The notes under the pieces are model-generated. The model worked only from the letters and a program-made list of their open reading frames with translations, was not told the origin of the DNA and searched no databases. Source: Deltaproteobacteria bacterium (GTDB taxonomy: Bacteria; Myxococcota_A; Polyangia; Polyangiales; Houyiibacteriaceae). From it: a stretch of DNA of 64,000 bases. Position numbers and translations under genes: made by a program. Every line of letters starts with the position of its first letter. The stretch's first letter is position 1. The stretch is taken from assembly GCA_034670305.1 (NCBI GenBank), contig JAXMNT010000037.1:14308-78307 (forward strand). Reading direction: 5' to 3'. Below are positions 20,795 to 31,787 of this stretch, one piece after another.

Positions 20795-21592
20795 TCAGCC
20801 CCCGAAGAACGTGACCTCGGCGCCTGCGAGCCACGCGCCCCCATCGGCCACGATCGTCGCGCCATGGACCAAGGACGAAGCGTCCGTACTCAGGAACAGG
20901 GCCACGTCGGCGATCTCCGAGATCTCGCCCCATCGGCGCATGGGAATCGCGGCGATCATCTTCTCTTTGATGCCGGGCGGTGCGAGCCGCGACATGCCTT
21001 CGGTGCCCGCGATCGGTCCAGGCGCGATGCCGTTGACCCGGATGCCCTGCGATCCCCACTCGAGCGCGAGCGACCGAGTGATGGAGTCGATCGCGGCCTT
21101 GGCGGCCGACGCGTGGACCTGCAGCAGGGAGGCGCCGTAGTGCAAGGTCGCGGAGATGTTGATGATGCACCCGCCGTTCTCTTTCAGCGTCTTGTCGTAG
21201 GCGATCTTGCAGACGTTGAAGGTGCCCTGGGTGTCGATCTCCATGACGGTCTTGAACCCGTTGGGGGAGAGTTGTCCCGCTGGACAGAGGAAGTTGCCCG
21301 CGGCGCCGTTGATCACGATGTCGACGCGGCCGAACGCCTCGAGCGCGCGGTCGAACGCGGCTTCGATGGTCTCTGGCTGCCGCACGTCGCAGGCGACGCC
21401 CAGGCACTCCTGGCCTGTGGCCTCCGTGAGTTCTTTGCTCGCGCCATCGAGTCGCTCTTGCGAGCGGCTCGTGATGACCGCGCGCGCGCCATGTGCCATC
21501 AACGTTTGCGTGATGCCTTTGCAGATGCCGCTGCCACCTCCGGTGACGAATGCGACTTGGCCTGCGAGCACGTCTTCTTTGAATACCGACAT
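20795..21592 (-). CDS. 2,4-dienoyl-CoA reductase-like SDR
   Basis: TGGGSGI, NGAAGNF, LSPNGFKTV, HASAAKA, LALEWG, IAPGPI. Confidence 0.9.
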   Translation of the reverse strand: MSVFKEDVLAGQVAFVTGGGSGICKGITQTLMAHGARAVITSRSQERLDGASKELTEATGQECLGVACDVRQPETIEAAFDRALEAFGRVDIVINGAAGNFLCPAGQLSPNGFKTVMEIDTQGTFNVCKIAYDKTLKENGGCIINISATLHYGASLLQVHASAAKAAIDSITRSLALEWGSQGIRVNGIAPGPIAGTEGMSRLAPPGIKEKMIAAIPMRRWGEISEIADVALFLSTDASSLVHGATIVADGGAWLAGAEVTFFGG

Positions 21593-21620
21593 GGCGCGGG
21601 TGTAGCACGGTGGACGAATC

Positions 21621-22739
21621 GTGAGCAGCACGGCAACGGTCGACCACGTGGTGGTCGGGGGCGGTGCGGTTGGCCTCGCGGTGGCTGCGCAGTTGAGCTC
21701 GGGCGGTGGTTCGGTCGTGCTGCTCGAGCGGCATGCTCGGGTGGGCGAGGAGACCTCCAGCCGCAACAGCGGGGTGGTCCATGCGGGGCTCCATGGCCCG
21801 GTGGACTCCCTGAAGCGTCAGCTGTGTGTGGCGGGTCGACCGTTGCTCTACGAGTTCTGTGCGAAGCACGGCGTACCAGTCGCAAAGACCGGCAAGTGGG
21901 TGCTGGCCCAGACCGCCCACGAAGAGGCCGCGCTGGAGTCGCTGTTGCGTTGCGGACAAGACAGTGGGGTCGAAGGACTGCGGATCGTCAGCGGCGCCGA
22001 CGTTCGTCGGGAGGAACCCGCACTCTCGGCCAGGTGTGCGCTTCGTTCCGAAGAGAGTGGGGTCGTGGACGCAGCGGCGTTCGTCGATGCCCTCCGGCGG
22101 ATCTCGGTCGATGCTGGCGCGATCGTTCGGGTTGGCTGCGCGCTGGTCGCGGCCGAGGAGCGTGGGTCGGGATGGCGGCTGCGCGTGCAAGGGCGCGGGC
22201 TCATGGAACACATCGACACGCCTTGCGTGATCAACTGCGCGGGGCTGAACGCCGACCGGGTGGCCGAGATGTTCGGGCTGCCGGTCGATGCGCTCGGGTG
22301 GAGGGTGCACCCTTGGAAGGGCAGGTACTTTCTGATCTCGCCCGGCGCGGCCTCCGCGGTGCGTTGTCCGCTCGTCTATCCGATGCCGGTTCACGGCGGC
22401 CTGGGCGTGCACCTGACCCGCGGGCTGGGTGGTGAGACCTTGCTGGGTCCCGACGCCGCTGTGGCTGCAGGGCTCGATGATCTCGATGTCGACGAAGCCG
22501 CCGCGGCTGCCTTCGCCGAGGATGCCCAGCGCTACTTTCCCGCACTGCGCCCATCCCACCTCCAGCCCGCGTACGCGGGTCTCCGGCCGAAACTTCGAGC
22601 CGACGGATCGTTCGCCGATTTCGTACTGCACGAACAACCCGCGGGGGTGGTGCACCTCCTCGGCATCGAATCTCCCGGGCTCACCGCGGCGCTCGCCTTG
22701 GCCCGACGGGTCGGCGCTCTTGCGCGAGGTCACGTTTGA
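21621..22739 (+). CDS. FAD-dependent oxidoreductase, L-2-hydroxyglutarate oxidase (LhgO)-like
   Basis: [47 protein letters not shown]. Confidence 0.88.
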   Translation: MSSTATVDHVVVGGGAVGLAVAAQLSSGGGSVVLLERHARVGEETSSRNSGVVHAGLHGPVDSLKRQLCVAGRPLLYEFCAKHGVPVAKTGKWVLAQTAHEEAALESLLRCGQDSGVEGLRIVSGADVRREEPALSARCALRSEESGVVDAAAFVDALRRISVDAGAIVRVGCALVAAEERGSGWRLRVQGRGLMEHIDTPCVINCAGLNADRVAEMFGLPVDALGWRVHPWKGRYFLISPGAASAVRCPLVYPMPVHGGLGVHLTRGLGGETLLGPDAAVAAGLDDLDVDEAAAAAFAEDAQRYFPALRPSHLQPAYAGLRPKLRADGSFADFVLHEQPAGVVHLLGIESPGLTAALALARRVGALARGHV

Positions 22740-22833
22740 CGCGATAAGCCGACTTCATGGAGCGGCGACCGAGCCGCCCACCGGCGCTTTCCAGAGCGCC
22801 CACCCGAATCGAAGCAGAGAGCCCACGAGAATC

Positions 22834-23781
22834 ATGACCCACGACGTCGTCATCATCGGATCCGGACCCGCCGCCCACACCGCCGCGATCTACGCCGCAC
22901 GCGCCGAACTCAAACCCGTGCTCTACGAGGGCTTCATGGCGGCCGGTGTCGCCGCGGGTGGCCAGCTGACGACCACCACCGACGTCGAGAACTTCCCCGG
23001 CTTCCCGGAGGGCGTCATGGGCCCGGACCTGATGGACCGCATGCGGGCCCAGTCCGAACGGTTCGGCACCACGATCATCACCGAGACGGTCAACGAGATC
23101 GATCTCAGCAAGGCGCCTTTCACCTTCAAGGCCGACGCTTCCGAGGGCAGCGCCAAGACGATCATCTTGGCGACCGGCGCCACCGCGAAGCGTCTGTACG
23201 TTCCGGGGACCGGCGACGACGAACTCTGGATGCGCGGCATCAGCGCGTGCGCGGTCTGCGACGGTGCACTGCCGCTCTTCCGCAACAAGCCGCTCGTCGT
23301 GATCGGCGGCGGCGACAGCGCGATGGAGGAAGCCACCTTCCTCACGAAGTACGCCTCGAAGGTGTACATCGTGCACCGCCGCGACGAACTGCGTGCCTCG
23401 AAGATCATGCAGCAGCGCGCGCTCGACAACCCGAAGATCGAGTTCGTCTGGTCGCATGGCCTCGCCGAAGCGAAGGGCGACGACCTGCTCTCGCACGTGG
23501 TGGTCGAGAGCACCAAGACCGGAGAGAAGAAGGAGCTCGAAGCGAGCGGCCTCTTCTTTGCGATCGGCCACGTGCCGAACACCGCGTTCCTCAACGGTCA
23601 GTTGGAGTTGGACGAAGACGACTACATCGCGACCAAGCCGGGCACGACCGAGACCAGCGTCGAAGGTGTGTTCGCGTGCGGCGACGTGCAGGACAAGCGC
23701 TGGCGCCAGGCGATCACCGCGGCGGGCACCGGCTGCATGGCGGCGCTTCAGGCGGAACACTTTCTGGCCGGGCACGGGTGA
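22834..23781 (+). CDS. trxB: Thioredoxin-disulfide reductase
   Basis: [52 protein letters not shown]. Confidence 0.97.
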   Translation: MTHDVVIIGSGPAAHTAAIYAARAELKPVLYEGFMAAGVAAGGQLTTTTDVENFPGFPEGVMGPDLMDRMRAQSERFGTTIITETVNEIDLSKAPFTFKADASEGSAKTIILATGATAKRLYVPGTGDDELWMRGISACAVCDGALPLFRNKPLVVIGGGDSAMEEATFLTKYASKVYIVHRRDELRASKIMQQRALDNPKIEFVWSHGLAEAKGDDLLSHVVVESTKTGEKKELEASGLFFAIGHVPNTAFLNGQLELDEDDYIATKPGTTETSVEGVFACGDVQDKRWRQAITAAGTGCMAALQAEHFLAGHG

Positions 23782-23786
23782 TCGCA

Positions 23787-24152
23787 ATGGGACTCTTCGG
23801 CAGCCTCTTCAAACCCAAACGAAACCCGATCCACGTCGACGACAAGTCGTTCGAGCGGGAAGTCTTGCAGAGCGCGCTTCCCGTCATTCTCGACGTGTGG
23901 TCCGCCGGCTGCGCGCCGTGCAAGAAGCTCGAAGAGGTGATGGTTGCGCTCGCCACCGATTACGACGGGCGCATCAAGGTCTGCGAGATGGGCTCACACA
24001 TGGCGCCGCGCGCCGCGACGAAACTTCGCATCGCCGCCACCCCGACGGTCGTCTACTTCAAGAGCGGTCGCGAGGTGGAGCGCGTCGCCGGCTTCCGCGG
24101 CAGCCTCTACCACCGAGAAGCGATCATGGAAGTCTTCGGCATCGAGAAGTAG
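23787..24152 (+). CDS. Thioredoxin-family protein
   Basis: [16 protein letters not shown] (CxxC), cis-Pro motif ATPT; directly downstream of trxB. Confidence 0.88.
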   Translation: MGLFGSLFKPKRNPIHVDDKSFEREVLQSALPVILDVWSAGCAPCKKLEEVMVALATDYDGRIKVCEMGSHMAPRAATKLRIAATPTVVYFKSGREVERVAGFRGSLYHREAIMEVFGIEK

Positions 24153-24174
24153 AGGGACGCGAAGCGGCCATCTA

Positions 24175-24387
24175 CCCCTTGCCCCTTGCCCCTGCCCTTG
24201 CCCCTGCCCTTGCCCTTGCCCTTGCCCTCCTGAAGCCGACGCCGAAGCCGAAGCCGAAGCCGAAGCCGAAGCCGAAGCCGAAGCCGAAGCCGAAGCCGAA
24301 GCCGAAGCCGAAGCCGACGCCGACGCCGAAGCCGACGCCGAAGCCGAAGCCGAAGCCGAAGCCGACGCCGACGCCGACGCCGAAGCC
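24175..24387 (+). repeat. Compound hexamer tract: (GCCCYT)n then (GCCGAM)n
   Basis: 24175-24228 GCCCTT/GCCCCT; 24232-24387 GCCGAA/GCCGAC; between convergent genes. Confidence 0.95.
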
Positions 24388-24396
24388 TCGCGCGAC

Positions 24397-25830
24397 CTAG
24401 CCTTTGGCCAGGTCTTTCTCCAGCGCGTCCGGGGTCTCGTCCAAGCCCGCCAGCTTGCGGGCTTGCGCGACCTTCTTGTCCCAATCGACCGTGCGCTCGA
24501 TGACGATGCGCTGCGCTTGCGGTGAGCCGGCGCCGTGCATGCACTCGATGCGGAATGGGACCGAGCCGCTGCCGTACGCCATGTACTCGACGAGTCGCAG
24601 CGCCTTGGCGCGTTCGTCGGACCCGGCGACCAGGCGCAGTCCCGGTCCGATCTCTGGATGGTCGAGGTCGTCGAGCGAGGGCATGGTCGCCATGAGCCCG
24701 CCGGCGAGGTCTTCGGCGAGCCGCACGATCTCGTAGGGGAGGGCGGTCACGTGTTGTTTGCAGACGTTCGCGAGCACTGGGTCGACCCGCCACACCCCGG
24801 CTGGGTCCAAGGTGCCCTTGGCGCTCGCCGCGACGCCGAGTCCGTGGATGGTCTCGGTGAGGTGGGTCATCTGAACGAGTTTGTCGCGCACGTGGCTCGC
24901 TTTGCGCACGCCGTGTTCGCGCGTGAGCAAGTCCGTTGCGCCGATGAGGACGTCGAGGTTGCCGGGTTTGCAGCCGCCGTAGCTGGCGCGGTGGTAGCCC
25001 GCGAAGGCATCGACCAGCGTCGCGCTGGCGGCGAGGTCGCCGTCGAAGAACACCCGCTCGGTGGGCACGAAGACGTCGTCGAAGAGCACCACGCACTCTT
25101 GGCCTCCGTAGCGTGCGTTGCCGGCGTCGCTCGTGCCCTTGCGTTCGTCCGAGGGCTGACGTCCGAGCACCATGCGGATGCCGGGTGCGTCGACGGGCAT
25201 CGCGCAGGCGATGGCGAAATCCTCTTCGCCTTCGCGGAGGGCCTGGCCGGGCATCACGAGGATTTGGTGCGCGTTGGCGGCGCCGGTCTGGTGGATCTTC
25301 GCGCCTCGAATCACGACGCCGTCGTCGCGTCGCTCCACCACCCGCAGGAAGTGGTCCGGCTGCTCGGGCGGCCGCTTGGAGCGGTCGCCCTTCGCGTCGG
25401 TCATCGCGCCGCACAACATCTCGTCGCGCGTTTGCACGCCGCGCAGCCATTCGAGGAAGCGTCCGTGGCGTTCGGGATCGGGATGGGTGGCGATGAAGAG
25501 CGCGTTGATGCCGTCGAGCCCGACGCAGCGTTGAAAGCAGGTGCCCGTCGCGAAGCCGAGCGCGCGCTGCATCGTGAGCTTGGCCTGCAGGTCGGCCTGG
25601 TCCCGGAACAGATGGCAGAAGCGGTTGACCGGCCCGTCGATGAGATCGGAGTGCGCGGTGGCCAGGTGCTGGGTCGCCGGATCGGATGCGAGTGCGTAGG
25701 TCGCCGCGACCGCATTGACCGAGGGGCGCACCTTCGGGTGGTCGATCGGATCGTCGACGCGTGCGCCGTCCACGAAGAGCACCAGCGCGCGGGCGCGCAG
25801 GGACTCGAGGTACTGGGCGGCGGTTCTCAC
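24397..25830 (-). CDS. 4-hydroxybutyryl-CoA dehydratase (AbfD)-like protein, HpaB/AbfD family
   Basis: [52 protein letters not shown] overlap with the upstream gene. Confidence 0.88.
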   Translation of the reverse strand: MRTAAQYLESLRARALVLFVDGARVDDPIDHPKVRPSVNAVAATYALASDPATQHLATAHSDLIDGPVNRFCHLFRDQADLQAKLTMQRALGFATGTCFQRCVGLDGINALFIATHPDPERHGRFLEWLRGVQTRDEMLCGAMTDAKGDRSKRPPEQPDHFLRVVERRDDGVVIRGAKIHQTGAANAHQILVMPGQALREGEEDFAIACAMPVDAPGIRMVLGRQPSDERKGTSDAGNARYGGQECVVLFDDVFVPTERVFFDGDLAASATLVDAFAGYHRASYGGCKPGNLDVLIGATDLLTREHGVRKASHVRDKLVQMTHLTETIHGLGVAASAKGTLDPAGVWRVDPVLANVCKQHVTALPYEIVRLAEDLAGGLMATMPSLDDLDHPEIGPGLRLVAGSDERAKALRLVEYMAYGSGSVPFRIECMHGAGSPQAQRIVIERTVDWDKKVAQARKLAGLDETPDALEKDLAKG

Positions 25831-26513
25831 TTCGGAAAACCGTTGAAAACGTAGCCGCGGTCGACGCCATCTTCGATGCGGCGGATGGCGCAGTTGTGCG
25901 GGTTCGGTTCGGTCTCGAACCACTCCGGCGTGAGGTGGCACCACATCATGAGAAATGCGCGAAGGGTCACGCCGTGGCAGACGACGATCACGCAGCGGAC
26001 GTCGTCGCTCTCCGCGTCTCGGTGAAAGGTGCCGAAGGACTGGTGGACCCGCACGGCGACATCGAAGCGGCTCTCGCCCGCCGGCATCCGTGCCCAGAAC
26101 TTCCCTTCGAAGCGGCGGTGCTTCTCGTACTGGCTCCACTCGTTGGGAAAGAGGATGGGGAGCTCTTCTTCGGGGATGCCGTCGAAGATGCCGAACTGCT
26201 GCTCGCAGAGGAGCACGTGTTCCCCACGATCGCAGATGAGGTCGTCGCCCATCTCGGCGTGAATCGCGTCCGCGGTCCGCCGGGTGCGTTCGTACGGGCT
26301 CTGCCAGAGGCGCGTCCGCGGCGGTTTGTCGCCGAACGTGGTTCGGAACGTCTCGACCAACTTCTGGCCGGCGATCTTCGCCTGGCGGTCGCCCTCCGCG
26401 CTCAGCGGGATCGCGTGGTCCGCCATGTCCCGGTGGATCTCCGGGTTGACGTTGCCTTCAGATTGTCCGTGTCGGACGAGAAAAAGATGTCGGACGCTCA
26501 CGAGGCGAAGCAT
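25827..26513 (-). CDS. Histidine phosphatase (phosphoglycerate mutase superfamily)
   Basis: LVRHGQSEGN, SPYERT, EQQFG, GES, VCHG. Start uncertain (26513 or 26501). Confidence 0.9.
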   Translation of the reverse strand: MLRLVSVRHLFLVRHGQSEGNVNPEIHRDMADHAIPLSAEGDRQAKIAGQKLVETFRTTFGDKPPRTRLWQSPYERTRRTADAIHAEMGDDLICDRGEHVLLCEQQFGIFDGIPEEELPILFPNEWSQYEKHRRFEGKFWARMPAGESRFDVAVRVHQSFGTFHRDAESDDVRCVIVVCHGVTLRAFLMMWCHLTPEWFETEPNPHNCAIRRIEDGVDRGYVFNGFPK

Positions 26514-26662
26514 CGCACGGCCGCACGCGCACCAGCCAGAACGTAAGCCGCGCACCTGCGACCATTCAGTGGAAGGGTTCGGGCTCCGCACGCGACGCCA
26601 TGCGCCACGACAAACGGCGCCGCGCTTTCGCACGACGCCGTCGTTGGTCCGAGAGGACGAGA

Positions 26663-27199
26663 CTACTGGCGGTTGGCCCGCTCGAAGAACTGGGCCGCCT
26701 GTTTGCCCGCGCGCTGGGCGCAGCTGTTGAGGCGACCGCCGACCGACATGCGCGTGAGCGAAGGACTGACGCTGCAGTACACCTCGACTTCGTCCGTGAC
26801 CTGCCCACCGATGGTCCAGCGGAACCGGGTGACGAGCTGTGACGCGCCGCCGACGGGTCCGCGGGCGCCTCGCACGATCTCCACGAACACCGGCGACATG
26901 CGGACTTCGCCGGGTCCGGGCGGCGCGTTGGCCGGCACGACCGGCACCGGCATGCGACTGGAGAACGCTTCCAAGAAGCGCTGGTCCATGTTCCCGAACG
27001 CTTCAGACAACGACTGCTGCTCGCCCGGCGGCTCGGCACCGAAGGGGTTGCCGTCGATGATGACCTGGCTGAAGTCTGCGGCGTAGCTGACCGACTGTGC
27101 GCCGGCGACGGCGGAGGGCGGTCCGCTCTGGACGAGCACGGCCCAGGGGGGGCCACAGGACGCGAGCAGAGCAACGGTGAGGACGAGGAGGTAGCGCAT
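26663..27199 (-). CDS. Hypothetical lipoprotein
   Basis: MRYLLVLTVALLAS-C lipobox. Confidence 0.75.
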   Translation of the reverse strand: MRYLLVLTVALLASCGPPWAVLVQSGPPSAVAGAQSVSYAADFSQVIIDGNPFGAEPPGEQQSLSEAFGNMDQRFLEAFSSRMPVPVVPANAPPGPGEVRMSPVFVEIVRGARGPVGGASQLVTRFRWTIGGQVTDEVEVYCSVSPSLTRMSVGGRLNSCAQRAGKQAAQFFERANRQ

Positions 27200-27255
27200 C
27201 GCAGGTGGCTACCAGGCGCCCGAGAAAGGATCAAGGGTCCCCGGCCACCGAGCGC

Positions 27256-27323
27256 CGGTCAGAGATCCTCGAGTTGTCTCTGGAGCTCGCCCGCCGGGTG
27301 GCCGTTCCCGACTTCTGAGCGGC
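27256..27323 (-). pseudogene. Diverged remnant copy of the last ~21 codons of the adjacent TPR gene
   Basis: Reads AAQKSG/NGHPAGELQRQLEDL* (1-nt deletion) versus AAKRAGDGHAAGELQAQLDDL* in the intact gene; offset 67 bp. Confidence 0.8.
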
Positions 27324-27325
27324 GG

Positions 27326-27634
27326 TCAGAGATCGTCGAGTTGAGCTTGCAGTTCGCCGGCCGCGTGGCCGTCCCCGGCCCGTTTGGCGGCTTCGAGGCC
27401 GCGTTCGCACCATGTGCGTGCGTCGTCGATTTTCGACAACGCCTCGGCGACCTGCGCGGCCATCAGGTAGGTCGGCACGTAGTCGGGGTAGGTCGCGGCG
27501 ACCGCATCGAACGCGTCGAGAGACTCTTGCAGCCGCTCGAGGGAGCGAAACTCCATCGCCCGCGCGTAGTGCACGAACGGGTCCTGGCTGCCCTTGGCGA
27601 TCATCGTGTCGAACATCTCCAAACGTTTCGACAT
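27326..27634 (-). CDS. Small TPR protein
   Basis: DPFVHYARAME, PDYVPTYLMAAQ, GDGHAAGELQ pattern of small bacterial TPR proteins. Confidence 0.8.
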   Translation of the reverse strand: MSKRLEMFDTMIAKGSQDPFVHYARAMEFRSLERLQESLDAFDAVAATYPDYVPTYLMAAQVAEALSKIDDARTWCERGLEAAKRAGDGHAAGELQAQLDDL

Positions 27635-27635
27635 C

Positions 27636-28157
27636 TCAGCCGACCTGCTCGACGACACCGAGGTACGGGAGGTTGCGGTAGTGTTGGTCGAAGTCGAGCC
27701 CGTAGCCGATGACGAACACGTCTTCGATCGTGAACCCGAGGTAGTCGATCGGGACGTCGACGCTGGAACGGGCCGGCTTGTGTAGGAGCGACGCGAGCTT
27801 CACCGACGCGGGCTTTCGCGTGATCAGGTTCTCATGCAGGTATTGCATCGTCAGACCGGTGTCGACGATGTCCTCGACCACCAGCACGTGCTTGCCTTCC
27901 ACCGGCTTCGTCAGGTCGCTCGTGATCTGCACGACGCCGGACGACTCGGTGCCTTCGTAGCTTCGCAGCCCGAGGAAATCGACGCTCAGCGTCAGGTCGA
28001 TGTGCCGGATGAGATCCGCGGCGAACATGAAACTGCCCTTGAGGACCGGCACCACCACAATCTCTTGGTCGCCGTAGTCCGCGGTGATCTCGCGGCCCAT
28101 TTCGGCCACGCGGGCCTGGATCTTCTCTGCGTCGATGAAGGTACGAATCGAGGTCAT
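27636..28157 (-). CDS. hpt: Hypoxanthine phosphoribosyltransferase
   Basis: [24 protein letters not shown] (PRPP-binding), [14 protein letters not shown]. Confidence 0.96.
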   Translation of the reverse strand: MTSIRTFIDAEKIQARVAEMGREITADYGDQEIVVVPVLKGSFMFAADLIRHIDLTLSVDFLGLRSYEGTESSGVVQITSDLTKPVEGKHVLVVEDIVDTGLTMQYLHENLITRKPASVKLASLLHKPARSSVDVPIDYLGFTIEDVFVIGYGLDFDQHYRNLPYLGVVEQVG

Positions 28158-28245
28158 GTGCGCGTCTACCACACGCTAGCCCGGACCGGTATCGTAGGCC
28201 GCCAGTCTCGCGAAGCGAGCCAGGCCCATCGCCGCAAGAAAAGGT

Positions 28246-29880
28246 TCAGAGGAGCAGGCCGGCGACGGTGGCGGTCATGCAGGCCGCCAAGGTGCCGCCC
28301 AGCATGGCGCGCAGGCCGAGTTTGGCGAGGTCGCTTCGACGCTCGGGCGCGATCGCGGAGATGCCGCCGATCTGGATGCCGATGGATCCGAAGTTCGCGA
28401 AGCCGCAGAGCGCGTACGTAGAGATGACCGCGCTGCGTTGGCTGAGTCCTTCGCCGGACTGAAGCATCTCACCGAGGTGCGTGTAGGCGACGAACTCGTT
28501 GAGCACCATCTTCTCGCCAAGCAGCGCGCCCACCTGTCCGCACTCTTCTGGCGGCACGCCCATGATGAACGCGAGCGGGGAGAAGGCGCCGCCGAGAATG
28601 CCGCGGAGCGACCACGGCGAGAGCGTGGCGTCGAACATCTCGTTGTATGCCATCACGGGAAGGCCGATCACGAAGTCGACCATCGCGACGAGTGCGAGAA
28701 AGACCAGGAGCATGGCCGCGACGTTGAACGCCAGCTTGAGCCCTTCGGTGGCGCCGCGGGCGGCCGCGTCGAGCACGTTCGCGTCGATCCGTTCGATGGC
28801 CAACGAAATGGGCGGGGCGTCTTCTCCCGCCACCGTCTGCGACACCTCGGTCTCCGGCTGCATGACTTTCGCGATCAAGAGCGCGGCGGGTGCGCTCATC
28901 ACCGAGGCGGCGATGAGGTGTCCGGCGATGTCCGGAAAGATGGACTCGAGCATGCCGACGTACGCTGCGAGCACGCCGCCTGCGACCGTCGCGAACCCGC
29001 CCACCATCACGGCGTTGAGCTCGGACTTCGTCATCGTTGCGACGTAGGGTTTGATGACCAGCGGCGCCTCGGTCTGGCCCACGAAGATGTTCGCAGCGGC
29101 GCTCAGTGTCTCCGAACCACTGGTCTTCATGGTGCGCCCCATCAGGGCGGCGATGATCGACACCAGCCGCTGCATGACGCCCAGGTGGTAGAGGATCGCC
29201 ATGAGCGACGAGAAGAAGAGGATGGTCGGCAACACGTTCAGCGCGAAGGTGAACTTGTCGTCAAGGTAGTCGCCAAACAGAAAACGGGACCCCTCCGCGG
29301 TGAACCCCAGCAGCCCGACGACCACGTCGTTGAGAAAACGAAAAAGCTCTCGGCCCATCCAGGTGTCGAGTACGAAGACGGCGAAGATCAGCTGGAGCCC
29401 GAGCCCCCACAGCACGACGCGCGTCGGAAACAGCTTCCGGTTGGACGACATCAACCACGCGAGAAAGATCAACACCCCGAGCCCGAACAACGAAGTCACC
29501 CGCTGCCACCAAGGCACCGCCGCCATCCCCTCCCGCATCTCGGAAAGGGAGACCGGCGCCGCAACGCCATCGGCGCCGGCTTCAGCGTCGGCCTCGGCTT
29601 CGGCGTCGGCTTCGGCTTCGGCCTCGGCGTCGGCATCGGCGTCGGCATCGGCGTCGGCTTCGGCGTCGGCCTCGGCTTCGGCTTCGGCCTCGGCTTCGGC
29701 ATCGGCGTCGGCCTCGGCGTCGGCTTCGGCCTCGGCGTCGGCTTCGGCGTCGGCGTCGGCTTCAGCCTCGGCTTCGGCCTCAGCTTCGGCTTCGGGTCCG
29801 CGCGTCGCGGACGGTTCCGGCTGCGCCCACACGCCCGTCGTCGCGCCCACGACGAGCGCGAGGGCGAGCGCCCACTTCAT
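28246..29880 (-). CDS. nupC: NupC/CNT concentrative nucleoside transporter with N-terminal signal and acidic (AE/AD) repeat
   Basis: [52 protein letters not shown]. Confidence 0.92.
   Translation of the reverse strand: MKWALALALVVGATTGVWAQPEPSATRGPEAEAEAEAEAEADADAEADAEAEADAEADADAEAEAEAEAEADAEADADADADADAEAEAEADAEAEADAEAGADGVAAPVSLSEMREGMAAVPWWQRVTSLFGLGVLIFLAWLMSSNRKLFPTRVVLWGLGLQLIFAVFVLDTWMGRELFRFLNDVVVGLLGFTAEGSRFLFGDYLDDKFTFALNVLPTILFFSSLMAILYHLGVMQRLVSIIAALMGRTMKTSGSETLSAAANIFVGQTEAPLVIKPYVATMTKSELNAVMVGGFATVAGGVLAAYVGMLESIFPDIAGHLIAASVMSAPAALLIAKVMQPETEVSQTVAGEDAPPISLAIERIDANVLDAAARGATEGLKLAFNVAAMLLVFLALVAMVDFVIGLPVMAYNEMFDATLSPWSLRGILGGAFSPLAFIMGVPPEECGQVGALLGEKMVLNEFVAYTHLGEMLQSGEGLSQRSAVISTYALCGFANFGSIGIQIGGISAIAPERRSDLAKLGLRAMLGGTLAACMTATVAGLLL
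29578..29795 (-). repeat. (GCCGAN)n tract inside the nupC reading frame
   Basis: About 36 hexamers encoding EAEAEADA... Confidence 0.93.
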
Positions 29881-31646
29881 GCGTACATCGCTTCGATTTC
29901 GTCCGCGAAGTGGTCGTTCACCATGCGTCGCTTCACCTTCAAGGTCGGCGTCAGCTCCCCATCCTCGACGGTGAAGTTGCGCGCCAAGATGGCGAACTTC
30001 TTGATCTGCTCCACCCGGGCGAACTTCTTGTTCATCTCCTCAACGTACGCCTCGAGCTCCGCGCGGAGCTTCGGGTTCTCGTGCAGCGTCGCGAGGTCGG
30101 CCCCGTTGGCCTCGGCCCAAGCGGGCGACGCATCCGGGTCGAGGGTGACCACCGCGCTGAGGAACTTGCGCCGGTCGCCGATGACCACGGCCTCGTTGAT
30201 GAGCTCATGGTTCTTGAGCGCCGCTTCGAGGTTCTTCGGCGTGACGTTCTTGCCACCCGCCGTGATGATGATCTCTTTCTTGCGGCCGATGATGCGGAGG
30301 AACCCGTCTTCGAATTTGCCGAGGTCGCCGCTGTGCAGCCACCCGTCTTTGAGGGTCTCGTTCGTCGCTTCTTCGTCCTTGTAGTACCCGAGGAAAACGT
30401 TCGGCCCGCGCACGAGGATCTCTTCGTCTTCGGCGATCTTCACTTCGACGCCGGGGACGGCGGGACCGACGGTTCCGTAGCGGAACTTCTCTGGCTGGTT
30501 GAAGCTCGTCGGCCCGGTGTCTTCGCTCTGCCCGTAGACCTCGAGCACGAGGATGTCGAGCGACGCGAAGAACTCGAGGACCTCGGCGGCGATCGGGGCC
30601 GCGCCGGACACGCAGGCGCGTGCGCGGCCGAGACCGATCGCGGGCTTGAGCTTGGAGTAGATGAGCTTGTTGGCGAGCTTGTGCTGCAGACCGAGGCCCA
30701 TCGGCACCGATCCACCGGCCTCGAGGATCTTCATGCGTTCAGTCGCGACGCGGCGCGCCCACGCGACGAGTTTGGCTTTCGTACCGGTCGCGGCTTTGAG
30801 CTTGCCGGCGACGCCCGCGTGGAACTTCTCCCAGATGCGCGGCACGCCGAAGAAGACCGTCGGCTGCACTTCTTTGAGGTTGTCCGGGACCTTCTCGATC
30901 GACTCGGCGAAGTAGACGGACGAACCCGCGGTGATCGGTCCGTGGATCGAGAACATCTGCTCGGCGATGTGCGAGAGCGGGAGGTACGAGAGCGAGCAGT
31001 CTTGAGACGACAGATCCACGAGTTCCTGGGCTGCCTTGGCGGTCCACGCGAGGTTCTCGGTGGAGAGCATCACGCCCTTCGGCGGGCCCGTCGTACCAGA
31101 CGTGTAGATCAGGGTCGCGAGTCCGTCGGGCTTCAGCGCTTCGAGTCGCGTCGTGACAGCAGACTCTTCGGTCCCTTCCGCCTTCGCGAGGAACGCCTCC
31201 CAGTCGAGGACCATGGGGTCGTCGATCGCGGCGCAGCCCTTCATGGTCACGATGTGTTTCAGATCGGGGAGGCTGTCGCGCTCCGCCTTGACCTTCTCGT
31301 ACTGGCCGAGGTCTTCGACCAGGATCACTGGAGACGCCGCGTGTCGCACGATGTACGCGACCTCCTCGGACGAACAGGTCGTGTAGATGCCAGCGGGCGC
31401 GGCGCCGCACGCCATCGCGGCGATGTCGAACACCACCCACTCGGGCCGGTTGAACCCGAGAATGGTCGCGGTCTGTCCCGCCTCCAATCCGAGCGCGATC
31501 AGCGCACGCGCCGCGGTCATCACCTCGTCGCGGTACTCGCGCCAATTGGTGGTGCGCCAGATCCCGTCTTCTCGGACATGGTAGGCGGGGGCATGTGGAC
31601 GGCGCTCGGCTTGTTCGAGCAGACGCGCGGGGATGCTTTCGGACAC
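29877..31646 (-). CDS. Long-chain-fatty-acid--CoA ligase (AMP-binding family)
   Basis: IYTSGTTGPPKGVML, YLPLSHIAE, VPRIWEK, YGQSE, GWLHSGDLG, GRKKEIIITAGGKNV. Confidence 0.95.
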   Translation of the reverse strand: MSESIPARLLEQAERRPHAPAYHVREDGIWRTTNWREYRDEVMTAARALIALGLEAGQTATILGFNRPEWVVFDIAAMACGAAPAGIYTTCSSEEVAYIVRHAASPVILVEDLGQYEKVKAERDSLPDLKHIVTMKGCAAIDDPMVLDWEAFLAKAEGTEESAVTTRLEALKPDGLATLIYTSGTTGPPKGVMLSTENLAWTAKAAQELVDLSSQDCSLSYLPLSHIAEQMFSIHGPITAGSSVYFAESIEKVPDNLKEVQPTVFFGVPRIWEKFHAGVAGKLKAATGTKAKLVAWARRVATERMKILEAGGSVPMGLGLQHKLANKLIYSKLKPAIGLGRARACVSGAAPIAAEVLEFFASLDILVLEVYGQSEDTGPTSFNQPEKFRYGTVGPAVPGVEVKIAEDEEILVRGPNVFLGYYKDEEATNETLKDGWLHSGDLGKFEDGFLRIIGRKKEIIITAGGKNVTPKNLEAALKNHELINEAVVIGDRRKFLSAVVTLDPDASPAWAEANGADLATLHENPKLRAELEAYVEEMNKKFARVEQIKKFAILARNFTVEDGELTPTLKVKRRMVNDHFADEIEAMYA

Positions 31647-31787
31647 GGTTTTCTCCTCCTGAGGACCGGCACTCTATCGATCCCGACCGCGAAGATCCAT
31701 CGCCCGCGCGCTCAACGTTTCGCGGGTGTTTCTGGCCAGAGCGGGCAGCACCACCCGTGGAGGCCTGCTCCGGGACGGGCCGAGGTG

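Noticed and set aside
23393-24400. Proteins with PKPKPK, RSRSRS or SASASA runs
   Set aside because: These are alternative-frame translations of the hexamer tracts.
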